The position numbers and the translations under genes are program-made. From contig CDPCPM010000019.1 of assembly GCA_976551045.1 (NCBI GenBank), positions 4,960,001 through 5,024,000 of the forward strand: a DNA stretch of 64,000 bases. The letters are read 5' to 3'. Positions 39,105 to 50,942 of the stretch are shown piece after piece. This DNA is from Glaucostegus cemiculus (taxonomy: Eukaryota). The notes under the pieces were generated by a model, which did not search any database, had not been told where the DNA came from, and was given only the letters and a program-made list of their open reading frames with translations. Position 1 is the first letter of the stretch; every line of letters begins with the position of its first letter.

Positions 39105-40410
39105 GTCAGAGAATCATACAGCTGTGCAGCATGGAAAACAGACTCTTCAGCCCAACTCAGTTAGGCAACCCAAGCTGCCTAACTGAGATAGTCCCATCAC
39201 CTGCATTTGGCCCACATCCCTCTTTACTACCCATGTACATGTCCAAGTGTCTTCTAAATGTCGTGATTGTACTCGTCTCTACCACTTTCTCTGGCAGCTC
39301 ATTCCATTTACGAAAAATTTATATCCTTCACCTCTCACTTTAAACCTATGCCCTCTAGTTTTGGACTCCCCTACCCTGGGGTAAAGACTGTGGCTATTCA
39401 CCTTATTTAGGCCCCTCAATAAGGTCACCCCTTAGCCTTCTATGCTTCAGGGGAGAAAAGGCTAAGCTTATCCAGCCACTCCTTATAACCGAAACCCTCT
39501 AGTCCCAGTAACATCTTCGTAAGTCGTTTTTGTACCCTTTCCAGTTTAACAACATCCTTCCTATAGCAGGGTAACCAGAACTGTATGCAATACTCTAAAT
39601 ATGGCCTTACCAATGTCTTGTACAGCTGTAACATGACGTCCCAACTCCTGTAGTCAATATCCAGCTCAATGAAGGCAAGTATGTTAAATGCCTTCTTCAT
39701 CACCCTGTCTACCGGTGTCACCATTTTCAAGGAACTACGTACTTGCAGCCCTAGTTCTCCGTTCTACAACACACCCCAGGGCCCTACTATTTACTATGTT
39801 AGTCCTGCCCTGGTTTGTCTTACCAAAATGCAACACCTCACATTTATTTGAATTAAACTCCATCTGCCATTACTTGGCTCACTGGCCTAGTTGATCAAGA
39901 TCCCACTGTAATCTTAGATAACCTTCTTCAGTGTCCATTATACCACCAATTAGTGTCATTCACGAACTTACTAATGATGTCACCAATATTCTCATCTAAA
40001 TCATTAATATAAATGATGAACAACCGTGGACCCAGCACTAATACCTATGGCATACTGTTGGTCACAGGCCTCCGGTCTGAAAAACAAGCCTCTACCACCA
40101 CACTCTGTCTCTTACCATTAAGCTAATTTTGTATCCAGTTGGCTAGCTCACCCTAGATCCCATGTGATTTAACCTTCAGACCAGCTTACATTGCAGTACC
40201 TTGTCAAAGGCCTTGGCTAAAGTCCATGCAGATAATGTCTATTGCACTGCCTTATCTATATTCTTAGTCACCTCTTCAAAAAACTGTCATATTCATGAGA
40301 CATGAATTCCCACACACAGTGCCATGCTAACTATCCCTAGTCAGTCCCTGCCTTTCCAAATGCACATAGATCCTGTCTCTCAGAATCTCCTTTAATAACT
40401 TACCCACCGT
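39105..40410 (-). mobile_element. 5'-truncated CR1 LINE
   Basis: Minus-strand ORF DRVMKKAFNILAFI...LYKTLVRPYLEYCIQFW...LERVQKRLTKM; upstream RT sequence is recognisable to about 40410. Confidence 0.9.
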
Positions 40411-40834
40411 AGTTTCCATGAATGTACAATGATGTAAGCAAGGGTCATGCTTATTTATCATGCATTTTAACTAAAACAATAATGTTTCCTGTTATTGTAT
40501 AAATGGTTAAGCTCTCTCAAATAATTCTGAAGTAATAACAGTAATAGGACAGATATTAAACTATTTAGTGCTTCTTTTTTTATTAATGAAATATGATGCC
40601 CCATTACAGTATCCTGAACGCAAGGAGAAAGATTTAAAATCAGAGCAATTGTCCAGTTGACTAATAGTTGCTGTATAAACCAATAACAATGGTTTAAAGC
40701 TCATATTCTTGCATCAAATAAATCTAAATAAAACAAGAAGTGCAGAAAAATAGACAAAATAGAACAACTACTACTGCCTTTTCTATCACAAGGTTCATAA
40801 TTTTGCATGTGTATATATATTTTCTCCAAACTTT

Positions 40835-43386
40835 CCTGCAGCCTCACCACAAAATTCAACGTCAGAAGTTTCCAGAGGAACATCTAAACAAGTCTGATGC
40901 ATTTTGGAAACAAGTCCTGTGGACTGATGAAGTTAAAATAGAACCTTATGGCCACAATGAGCAAAGGGATGTTTGGAGAAAAAAGGGTGCAGAATTTCAT
41001 GATAAGAATTCACCAAGGAGAGGGGTCTTGATGAAGCGGTAGAGAGTGCTGGTAAGGGTAATGTTCTCGAGTATGTATCTATCAAGAGGGAGGAGGTGTT
41101 GAAGTTGTTAAATAATATCAAGACAGATAAGTCTCCGGGGCCTGACGGTATATTCCCCAGGCTGCTTTGAGAGGCAAGGAAGGAGACTGTTGATCCGCTG
41201 GTGAGGATCTTTGAGTCCTCGTTGTCCATGGGGATGGTGCCGGAGGATTGGCTGGTAGCGAATGTTGTTCCCTTGTTTAAGAAAGGTAGTAGGGATAGTC
41301 CGGGGAATTACAGACCAGTGAGTCTCACATCTGTGGTGGGTAAACTGTTAGAAAGGACTCTAAGGATAGGATCTATGAACACCTGAAGAGTCACGGACTG
41401 ATTAGGGACAGTCAGCATGGCTTTGTGAAGGGAAGATCTTGCCTCACGAGCCTGATAGAATTCTTTGAGGAGGTGACGAGGAAGACTGATGAGGGCAGTG
41501 CGGTGGATGTGGTCTACATGGATTTTAGTAAGGCATTCGATAAGGTTCCTCATGATAGGCTCCTTCAAAGGTCAGAGGGCAAGGCATCCTGGGGAGATTG
41601 GCTGTGTGGATCAGGAATTGGCTTGCCTGTAGAAAGCAGAGGGTTGTGGTGGAGGGAGTGCCCTCGGATTGGAGGGCTGTGACTAGTGGTGTCCTGCAGG
41701 GATCTGTTCTGGGACCTCTACTCTGTTATATTTATAGATGACTTACATGAAGAGGTGGAAGGATGGGTTGGTAAGTTTGCGGATGACACCAAGATCGGCG
41801 GTGTGGTGGGTGTGGAGGACTGTCGGAGCTTACAGAGGGATATTGATAGAATGCAGAGCTGGGCGGACAGGTGGCAGATGGAGTTTAATCCGGAGAAGTG
41901 TGAGGTGGTGCACTTTGGTAAGACAAACTCCAGGGCAGAGTACAAGGTAAATGGCAAGGTACTTGGCAGTGTAGAGGAGCAGAGGGATCTGGGGGTTCAT
42001 ATCCACACTTTACTCAAAGTTCCCTCGTAGGTGGATAGGACAGTTAAGAAGGCTTATGGGATGTTAGCTTTTATAAATCGTCGGATTGAGTTCAAGAGCC
42101 GAGAGGTGATGATGCTGCTTTATAAAACTCTAGTTAGACTGCACTTAGATTATAGTGTTCAGTTCTGGTCGCCGCATTATAGGAAGGATGTGGAGGTGCT
42201 GGAGAGAGTACAGAGGCGATTTATCAGGATGATGCCTGGATTAGAGGGTATGGAATATGAGGAGAGGCTTAAGGTGCTACGGCTTTACTCGTTGGAGAGG
42301 AGGATGAGAGGGGACTTGATAGAGGTGTATAAGATATTGAGAGGAATAGATAGAGTTGACAGCCAGCGCCTCTTTCCCAGAACACAGATGCTCAAGACGA
42401 GAGGGCATGGCTTTAAGATATTGGGTGGAAAGTTCAGGGGAGATATCAGAGGGAATTTTTTCACCCAGAGAGTGGTTGGCGCATGGAATGCGCTGCCTGG
42501 GGTCGTGGTGGAGGCAGATACATTGGACAGGTTCAAGAGATTGTTAGGCACGTGGAGGAATGTGGAGTAGAGGGATATGTGGGAGGAAAGAGTTAGATCG
42601 TGTGATATTTGAAGGATGGCACAACTTGGTGGGCCGAAGGGCCTGTTTTGTGCTGTATTGTTCTATCGTTTAATGGTTCTAATACCTCTCCAACTGTTAA
42701 GCATGGGGATGGATCAATCATGCTTTGGGCTTGTGTTACAGCCAGTGGCATGGGGAACATTTCACTGGTAGAGGGAAGAATGAATTCAATTAAATACCAG
42801 CAAATTCCGGAAGCAAACATCACACCATCTGTAAAAAAGCTGAAGATGAAAAGTGGATGGCTTCTACAACAGGATAACTATCCTAAACATACCTCAAAAT
42901 CCATAATGGACTACCTCAAGAGGCACAAGCTGAAGGTTTTGCCATGGCCCTCACAGTCCCCTGACCTAAACATCATCAAAAATCTGTGGATAGACGTCAA
43001 AAGAGCAGTGCATGCAAGATGGCCCAAGAATCTCACAGAACTAGAAGCCTTTTGCAAGGAAGAATGGGTGAAAATCAATCAAACAAGAACTGAAGCACTC
43101 TTTGCTGGCTACAGAAAGTGTTTACAAGCTGTGCTACTTGCCAAAGAGAGTGTTACTAAGTACTGACCATGCAGGGTGCTCAAACTTTTGCTTCAGGCCC
43201 TTTTCCTTTTTTGTTATTTTGAAACTGTAAAAGATGGAAATAAAAAAAGTAATCTTGCTTAAAATATTAAAGAAATGTGTCATCTTTAACTTTATGTCTT
43301 TTGGAAATCAGGTCATCTTTTACTCCTTAGCTATTCGCAGTAACAGAAATTTTGGCCAGGGGTGCCTAAACTTTTGCATGTCACTG
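40835..43386 (+). mobile_element. Tc1 (DD34E, IR/DR type) transposon remnant, 5' truncated and split by a CR1
   Basis: FWKQVLWTDEVKIE...VWRKKG before the insert; PTVKHGDGSIMLWAC...QQDNYPKH...WPSQSPDLNIIKNLW after it. Direct repeats gggtgc-aaacttttgc at about 43174 and 43360; terminus CACTG|TA. Confidence 0.93.
41010..42680 (+). mobile_element. Young 5'-truncated CR1 nested in the Tc1 transposase
   Basis: Same subfamily as 16878-18599; NYRPVSLTSVVGK, KFADD and FFTQRVVGAWNALP motifs; frameshifted. Confidence 0.95.
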
Positions 43387-43452
43387 TATATATCTATCTA
43401 TCTATCTATATTATATATGTATGTGTATAGATAGATAGATAGATATAGATAT
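43387..43452. repeat. TA/(TATC)n/(GATA)n microsatellite forming an inverted repeat
   Basis: 43389-43410 is the exact reverse complement of 43426-43447. Confidence 0.9.
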
Positions 43453-45029
43453 AAGTTCATTAAAAAAGTTAACAATACTATTTATTCCACAGTATCAGGA
43501 AATACTAGGATTCCAAAGAACCCTATTTAGCAATGCAAACCTTGATATGTAAGTTGCTAAGGTACTTAGCCAAAAGTTATGTATTTAACAAAAGTCTGAT
43601 CATATTCTTCACGCAAATATGAGGATAAGCGCAAACTACAATAATAAACCAACACAAAGACCAATGAATGCTGCTTGAATGCATATCTTCCAATTCCATC
43701 ACCATGTTAGGTGAGTTCACTACTCACAATAGAAAATATTTTAAGAAAACTATTCATAAAAATGGTCTTAATATTCCTGTAATAAAGATAAATCAGACTC
43801 TGGATGCAGCTCCAAATTTATCAATGTTGTCAAACATTATTGACCTTAACCATTTTCATTTTCCTTGGTGTTAGTTCTGCCCATTCAGGCACCATGAGGC
43901 AACTATACTTGAAACATTAATTTGGTTCAGTGTTTGCATTTCAAATGGGAAAAAAATCATTCACTTGCATAAACTCAATAATGTACAAATTATATCAATA
44001 TTTCAAAGCCATTCAGGGGAAGATGCTGTCTATTGATATGGAAGATTTACCATTTACATGTATTGTTTCCACAAAAAATTGGATAAATACAACCTAGCCA
44101 ATTGCTACCTTATTAACCTACTCGCAAAGGTGATAAAAGAAGTCATCAAGAGTGTTACCATGCAAGATCTGTTCATAGACACAGGATTCAGGTTCTGTCA
44201 ATGCCATCTTAGTATGGTGTCAAGAAATCCTAGCAAATGTGTTGTGTTCAAGGAGAAACTTTTCAGGGTTTTGAGTTACACCTCACACACAGGATAATTA
44301 TAATTGCCAGAAGCTGAACATCACTTCTGCAAAACACCTTCAGAGTTCCTCAGTGAATCGTCTTCACACCTAATCATTATCAGTTTCTTCACCAATAAAT
44401 GTACCTCAGGTCAAATAAATTTACCTAAGGCCAAATAAAGGAATATTGTTGATGATTCATTTGTTTTTGGCTCCATTCACAACTGTTAGCATAGTTTAGC
44501 ATGGACTTTCTAATGGTAAGAATTGTGAATGGAGCCGTGCAGAACGTGGGCAATGTTTTGGCTTGGGATAACCGTGAATAAACACCAGCTAAGGGCAACT
44601 CTAAACCAATTTGTACCATAATTCCTTCAGAAAAAAAGTCAAAATATAATGTATTTTAAAATAATTCTTTTTATTTATACTTTAAAACTTTGTTTCCACA
44701 TTAATCTTAAGTTCTGATCTTCTTACACTGAAAGATGTTTAAAAATATTAATCAAACATTGTATTTTTTACTTTCTGGTTTGCTGACCATAAGAGTGTCC
44801 CAGTATGATTGGCTGTTCAGCTAGCATGATGACATTCCTGTTTCTGGATATCACAGATTCCTTTAAGTTGATGCCAGAAGGCAGCTAACAGCTAAAGAGG
44901 GGTTTTGGTTCTCACTGGCTACTGTCTGAGACTAAACTAGATGTTTACCTGTACCATGTTGATGAATATTTCTGTCTACCAGTACAATATTGGCTGAATC
45001 TGGTCTGGCCTCAATTCATTTTATTGCGC

Positions 45030-45615
45030 TAACCCTCCATTATGCCTTTGCTACCTTCAAACAAAGCTACTTCAACACACTCTTCGCTGACTCTCCTTGT
45101 TCTAGTCCACCCTAAACCTGAGGTAAAATAAAAAAAAATGCGACTTATATCCTAACTCATACGGAATTCCATTCACTTATCATCCCTGTGCTTGATGACC
45201 AATATTGGCTACCAGTTAAGCAAAAAATCAGTTTTAAAACTTACATCCCCATAGTCTCACTCTCCCTTTGGAATTCTACCCTAGAGAGCTGTGGAGGCTC
45301 AGTCATTGACTGCATTCAAAAGTGAGATCTGGATATTAGAGGAATCAAGGGATATGGGGATACAGCAGGAACTTGGTGTGGAGTAGAGGATCAGTCATGA
45401 ACTTGATGAATAGCAGAGCAGGCTCGAGGGGCCTTGGGTTCTATAACCCTTCAAAATATACTTGATGCTTCAATTCTGGCCTTTTAAATGTTCTTTGAAT
45501 TTAATTGCTTCACCACTGGCAGCAGTGCCTTCAGCAACCAAGGCCCTGTGTTCTGGAATTCTCTCCTAAAACCTTTTTGCCTCTCTTTTCTTCTTTAAAG
45601 TGCTGCTTAAAATCA
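45030..45615 (+). mobile_element. Degenerate L2-type LINE 3' fragment containing a CR1 tail (about 45267-45435)
   Basis: atcatccctgtgcttgatgaccaatattggctaccagttaagcaaaaaatcagttttaaa resembles the L2 motif ITPVLxxLHWLPVxxRIxFK; the inner tggaattctaccctagagagctgtggaggctcagtca is CR1-like. Confidence 0.6.
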
Positions 45616-46474
45616 ATCTGCCTAATATTTCATGTGTTATCAAATGAAAAAAATGACATCAGGCCACTCCTGTGAAGCAGCACATGATGATTTTCTTCAT
45701 TTTGGCAGCTGTTGTTTGTATTTGGGTTCTATAGAGGTTGGAGGTGAACACCATCATGTCAAAGCTGACCACTAAAACCTAGAGCACCAATATTTTTAAT
45801 GAAAACTTAGACAGTAAATATGTAAATTTGCAGGGGAAATTATGAGCAGACCTACTGAAACCAGGATGCTATTTGAGATATTAGCAAACATCTGTTCCAG
45901 GCCACAAGTGATAATGGCCAGAGACCTACAAAGAGATCAACTGTGAGATGATCTGCGTCACATCATAAAAATAAATCCGGCAGAAACTTCTAAATTATGC
46001 ATATAGCATTAAATGCAGAAATCCAAAAATTGTGGGTGAATCCCTGCTGCTCTCGCACTGGGATAGTTTTCTTTGATTTGTGGAATCAGTAAACTGATAA
46101 GAGCTTCACTGTTTGCAAGCCATTTACTCAAAATGCTCAGAAAACATTAAAGCTTGTTGAGCAAGCTTTCTTAAAATGGTATTCTAACCCATAATTACTG
46201 TTTACAACCTCTCTTCAGCCAGTTTGTTGACACAGCAGTTGCTGGATGCTAAGGATCACAATGAACCATTATTGGCCACCAACTGAAATGGGAAGAGGGG
46301 AAATTTAAATTGCATAGATCACTAGATTCCCACAACCTAGATCTTTTAATATTCCAAGGAGCCATGCAGAATGTCTGTATTATACATAATGTTGCTTAAA
46401 TCAGAAGCCCAAGTATTTATAGCAACAGAGACAAGGAATCAATTACCTTGCTGACAGAGTGAAAAATAGAATGC

Positions 46475-46610
46475 AGTCACAGGAAATCTGAAACAAATGC
46501 AGAAAAAGCTGGAAGCACTCAGCAGGTCAGACAGCATCTGTGGAAATACATCTTTCCACAAATACTGCTTGACCTACTGAGAGCTTATAGCAATTTCTGT
46601 TTTTATTTCA
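46475..46610. mobile_element. Fold-back short repeat
   Basis: ctcagcaggtcagacagcatctgtggaaa is mirrored by tttccacaaatactgcttgacctactgag. Confidence 0.75.
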
Positions 46611-47564
46611 AGATACAAATTGAGCTTGATGTTGTTTCTTTTGTGTGCAATTGTAAGATGAAAAAAGGGCAGGTTAAAAAAAACTACAGAACAGACTAAA
46701 ACAATGAGCCTCTGCAAGAGTACAGATTGGATGCTGTAAAAGTAGAGATGAATTGCTGCATTGTATGGAATTGTTTATAGCAGCTTGTGTATCAAATGGA
46801 AGGATAACATAATCACATTTTTGGACCTACAAGCCCAAAAATGGGCAGTTTGAAAAAAGCAACAGCATATAAAGAATTTGAACACATCAATGCATTAGAA
46901 CACATAGTATGCCAGAGGGATGACCCAAAGATGGAACTGGCAGGTTAAACAGTAACTTTGTTTTTCATTTGCAGTATCTAGGTTCAGATCCAGTATACAT
47001 GAATTATGTCTGACTGCAAGAAGAATCCGCAACTGGATTATTTACTGGACAGGATGTTTGGCCTTCATGACACCATATCCCAGCAATATTGAGAGAAATA
47101 CCAGGGGGTTCCAGAGAAAATTAGCAGCAGGGGGAAGAGAAACAAAGCAAAATAAGGCAGCACTAAAGGAAATCATTTTAAATACAAAGAATGCCTATCT
47201 TAAGCCTTGAAAGATATGTACCAGGATTTTCCTGAGCAGAGCCCGCCACTCACACTCTTTGCCCATGTTAACCATTCCCCAGAAGGTCAGCTTCATTGGC
47301 CCAGATGGTCCAATCATTAATGGCAAAGTCCTGAGAAATGGCAGCGATTCAGACAATATAATAAAGTGATGTGAGTGGTCTGGAATAAACCTCACCAATG
47401 AAATGTCTGGAAGCTTTTATGAGCTGACCAAGCCCCTTCACTGGCTTTGCCTGCTATCAAAGCTGTGAAGATGTTTCTGAATGTGCCTGATATTTAGTTA
47501 AACTGCTAAAAATGATTTTTTTAAAAACAAACTAAAAACAACAAAAAGTACTTTTAAGTAGTTA

Positions 47565-48178
47565 GTAACATTTCATCAGTCAGGGCATTTGAGTATAGGA
47601 GTTGGGACATTATGTTGCAGCTGTACAAGTTGTTGGCGAAGCTGCACTTGGAGTACTGTGTACAGTTTTGGTCACCCTGTTATAGCAAAGATGTGGTTAA
47701 ACTGGAAAGAGTGCAGAAATGATTGATGAGGATGTTTCCAGGACTAGAGGACCTGAGTTACAGGGAGAGGTTGGCCAGTCTAGGTCTTTATTCCTTGGAG
47801 CGTAGGAGAATGTGATCTTATAGAGATTTATAAAATCATGGGGGGGCATAGATAAGGTGGATGGTAGCAGTCTTTCCCCCAAGATAGGGGAGTCCAAAAA
47901 TAGGGGGCATAGATTTAAGGTGAGAGGGGAAAGACTTGAGGGGCAACTTTTTCATGCAGAGGGGGGTGAGTAAATGGAACGAGCTGCCAGAGGAAGTGGT
48001 TGAGGCAGGTACAATAGTATCATATCAGAAGCACTTGGATAGGTATATGCAGGAGCGGGGCTTAGACGGATAGGGGGAAAACACTGGAAATTGGGACCAG
48101 ATGAGTGGGCACCGTGGTTGGCATGGACTCAGTTGGGCTGAAGGGCCTGTATCCATGCTGAATGATTCTATGACTCTA
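47565..48178 (+). mobile_element. CR1 3' fragment
   Basis: cacttggagtactgtgtacagttttggtcacc...ggaaagagtgcagaa...; tail atgattctatgactcta. Confidence 0.88.
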
Positions 48179-48274
48179 AAATACAAATTAAAAAGTGCAA
48201 CTTATTCTTCCTGCATCCTTCCAAATTCTCTCTCAGAGCACAGTGGCAGAGGAGATAGTTCTACTTTCTATCGC

Positions 48275-48585
48275 CTCACAGCTGCAGCAAACCCAGGTTT
48301 GACCCTGATGCTCAGAGATGTCTTCATGGAGTTTGTACATTCTTCCTGTGACCTTGTGAATTTCCCCTGTGTGTTCAGATTTCCTCCCACATCCCAAAGG
48401 CATGCTGGCTCATATGTTCATTAGCTAGTGTAAATTTCCCCTTGTGTAGCTGGGTGGTAGGAGAATCAAACAGAGTTAAGGGGCATATGAAACAGAATGG
48501 TTTACATGGAAATAAGTGGGAGAAAGGGATGATGGGATTGCTCTGAGAGCTGGCATGGACTCAACAGACTTCCTTCTATGTCATT
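48275..48585 (+). mobile_element. Degenerate V-SINE-like element
   Basis: cgcctcacagc...ccaggtttgaccctg...ggagtttgtacattcttcctgtgacc...tttcctcccacatcccaaag. Confidence 0.65.
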
Positions 48586-49979
48586 AGAAAATAGAAAACA
48601 TGAAGCCAAATGACTGGACTTACAGATCAAGTGCCAGGCCCAAACTGGTGCAGGACCTGAGAGTAGTTTCCCCAGAAAATGCCGGGGAATCTCAGCAAAG
48701 TCATGTTCCACAGAGAGACCAATAGGAGAGCATATTTGATGCTCAACCAAAAGCCTTGGGAATTGCTAATTTGTGTAGAGGTCCTGAAACTTACCAATAC
48801 TTGACTTGAGAAATACCTATGCTCAAACTCAGCAAAATCTGGACATTTCATAGCTGGCATATATATACTTGGCTTCCAGTTTGCCAATTTACTATGCTCT
48901 TATCATTGATTTTTTTTTAGGAAAGAGAGAAATATCAACAAAATCTATCCAAGGATAACATATTCATCAAAATTTTAAGGATGTAGGTAAGTGCTTGGAT
49001 ATAGTAATGCACTAGAGCAAAATGTACAGATCATTCACTGACATGTAGTTATTTTAGCTAACCAAACAGTTTCACATATTTTATGAATATAAACCCACAG
49101 ATGTTTTTAATCACCACCTTTCTACCATTATACATCATACTTTATTGAAGATAATCGAAGAAGGAAGGAAGTCTAAGAACCTTTAAACGAGAGAAGCAAT
49201 CCATTCTTGAAGTGTGCACATCATATTGCTATGTCCTTGGCTGCGAGGAACACTCACTCAGTCATGCCAATACTGCAGGAAAATTGCTCTCTTGCCTACA
49301 GGCAAGAATGGTTTAAGTGAGTATGATTTTTCCTTTAGGCTGATTCTGCATAACCAACTTGACACCCCAAGGCATAACAATCTATGTAAAATACACACTG
49401 CTATTGAGAAACCTGCCAAGCAGGACACGGTGATCAGGACAGTGTTCTCTGATAGGACACAGACACTAACTGTTTACAGCACATTAGCTTTGAAAGACAA
49501 TCATAGCATAAATTTTTGGTTGAATGCATAAATAATGAGAACGATTCACAATGAAACATTACTCACTATTTAACACTTCAATGGGGCAGATTTCTACCCC
49601 AAGGCCAGTGCATATGCCGGGTATTTTTCTCTTTTTTTTTAAAGTGTAAGTGTAGAGTAAGATTTTTAACAAGGGTGTAAGATACTAGTGTTAGATAGTA
49701 TTTAGAAGTTATTTTTAGTAGGGTTATATAAGCTTTAAGGGGTCGAGTGAGGGCTGCACTGCGCAGGCGCCACGCGGGCAGCTTAAAAGGCAACCAGCTG
49801 CTAGAGCGGGCAGCGTCGGAGCGGGCAGCGGAGTGAGGGGGGAGCAGAGTGTTCGGGCTTTGGCTCAAGGGGCTTCGGCTTGAAGGGGCGAGGCAGGGGA
49901 GTTACTGGTAAGTAAAGGTAAGGCTTACCTGTTGAAGTTACATAGTTGGACAAACCAGGTTTAAGGGGAACTAGTTAAG

Positions 49980-50942
49980 ATGGAGGGCATGGTGCAGTGC
50001 TGCAGCTGCTTGATGTGGGAGGACGTGGACCCCGTTGAGGTTCACGTTGACCACTTCTGCAGTAAGCGTGTGAGGCTGGAGGAACTTCGGCTCAAAATTG
50101 ATGAGCTGGAGTCACGGCTTCAAACACTGCAGAGCATCAGGGAGGGAGAGAGTTATGTAGATGCGGCACATCAGGAGACAGTCACCCCACTTAGAGCAGA
50201 TACTTCAGGGGGCCAGGTAGTAGATAGCTGGGTGACTGTCAGGGGAGGGAAAGGGAAGGGGAAAACGAATAGGCAGACAGTGCAGAGAACCCCGGAGGCT
50301 GTTCCCCTCAATAACAGGTTTTCAACTTTGGAAACTGTGGAGGGGGACAGCCTGCAGGGACCAAGCACTAGTACCCAGGTCACTGGCACTAGGACCAGTA
50401 CTACTGCTCAGATGGGGAAGAAGGCAAAGAGAAATGCAGTGGTGATAGGGGACTCGATAGTCAGGGAAACAGATAGGAGATTCTGTGGAAGTGAACATGA
50501 ATCCCGGATGGTATGTTGCCTCCCAGGTGCCAGGGTCCAGGATATTACTGATCGGGCTCACAGGATTCTCGAGCGGGAGGGAGAGCAGCCAGAAGTCATG
50601 GTTCATGTTGGTACCAATGACATAGGTAGAAAGAGGGATGAGGTCCTGCAAAGGGAGTTTATGGAGCTAGGCAGAAAGCTGAAGACCAGGACCTCAAGGG
50701 TAGTAATCTCAGGATTACTACCGGTGCCACGTGATAGGAAAGGTAGGAACAGGGCGAGGTGGCAATTAAATACGTGGCTGAGAAAGTGGTGCAGGGTAGA
50801 AGGTTTTAGATTTTTGGATAACTGGGACCTCTTCTGGGGAAGGTGGGACCTGTACAGAGAGGACGGGTTACACCCCAACCAGAGGGGGGTAGATATCCTT
50901 GCAGCACGGTATGCTTGGTTGGTTCATGAGAGTTTAAACTAG
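49980..50942 (+). CDS. CR1 ORF1p: zinc-finger/leucine-zipper region plus SGNH esterase domain, uninterrupted 320 aa
   Basis: CCSCLMWE..FCSKR, heptad LEELRLKIDELESRLQTL, VIGDSIV, VHVGTND, DGLHPN. Confidence 0.92.
   Translation: MEGMVQCCSCLMWEDVDPVEVHVDHFCSKRVRLEELRLKIDELESRLQTLQSIREGESYVDAAHQETVTPLRADTSGGQVVDSWVTVRGGKGKGKTNRQTVQRTPEAVPLNNRFSTLETVEGDSLQGPSTSTQVTGTRTSTTAQMGKKAKRNAVVIGDSIVRETDRRFCGSEHESRMVCCLPGARVQDITDRAHRILEREGEQPEVMVHVGTNDIGRKRDEVLQREFMELGRKLKTRTSRVVISGLLPVPRDRKGRNRARWQLNTWLRKWCRVEGFRFLDNWDLFWGRWDLYREDGLHPNQRGVDILAARYAWLVHESLN

Noticed and set aside
42609-43166. 185-aa ORF as a domesticated transposase gene
   Set aside because: It is a chance fusion of the CR1 3' UTR to the Tc1 C-terminal half, with a TTG start, no first catalytic Asp or DNA-binding domain, and the catalytic Glu mutated.
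49578-49868. Minus-strand ORF containing SAARSDA, reminiscent of a WDR7 segment
   Set aside because: It is the antisense of the CR1 5' UTR; the match is a few residues with no wider similarity.
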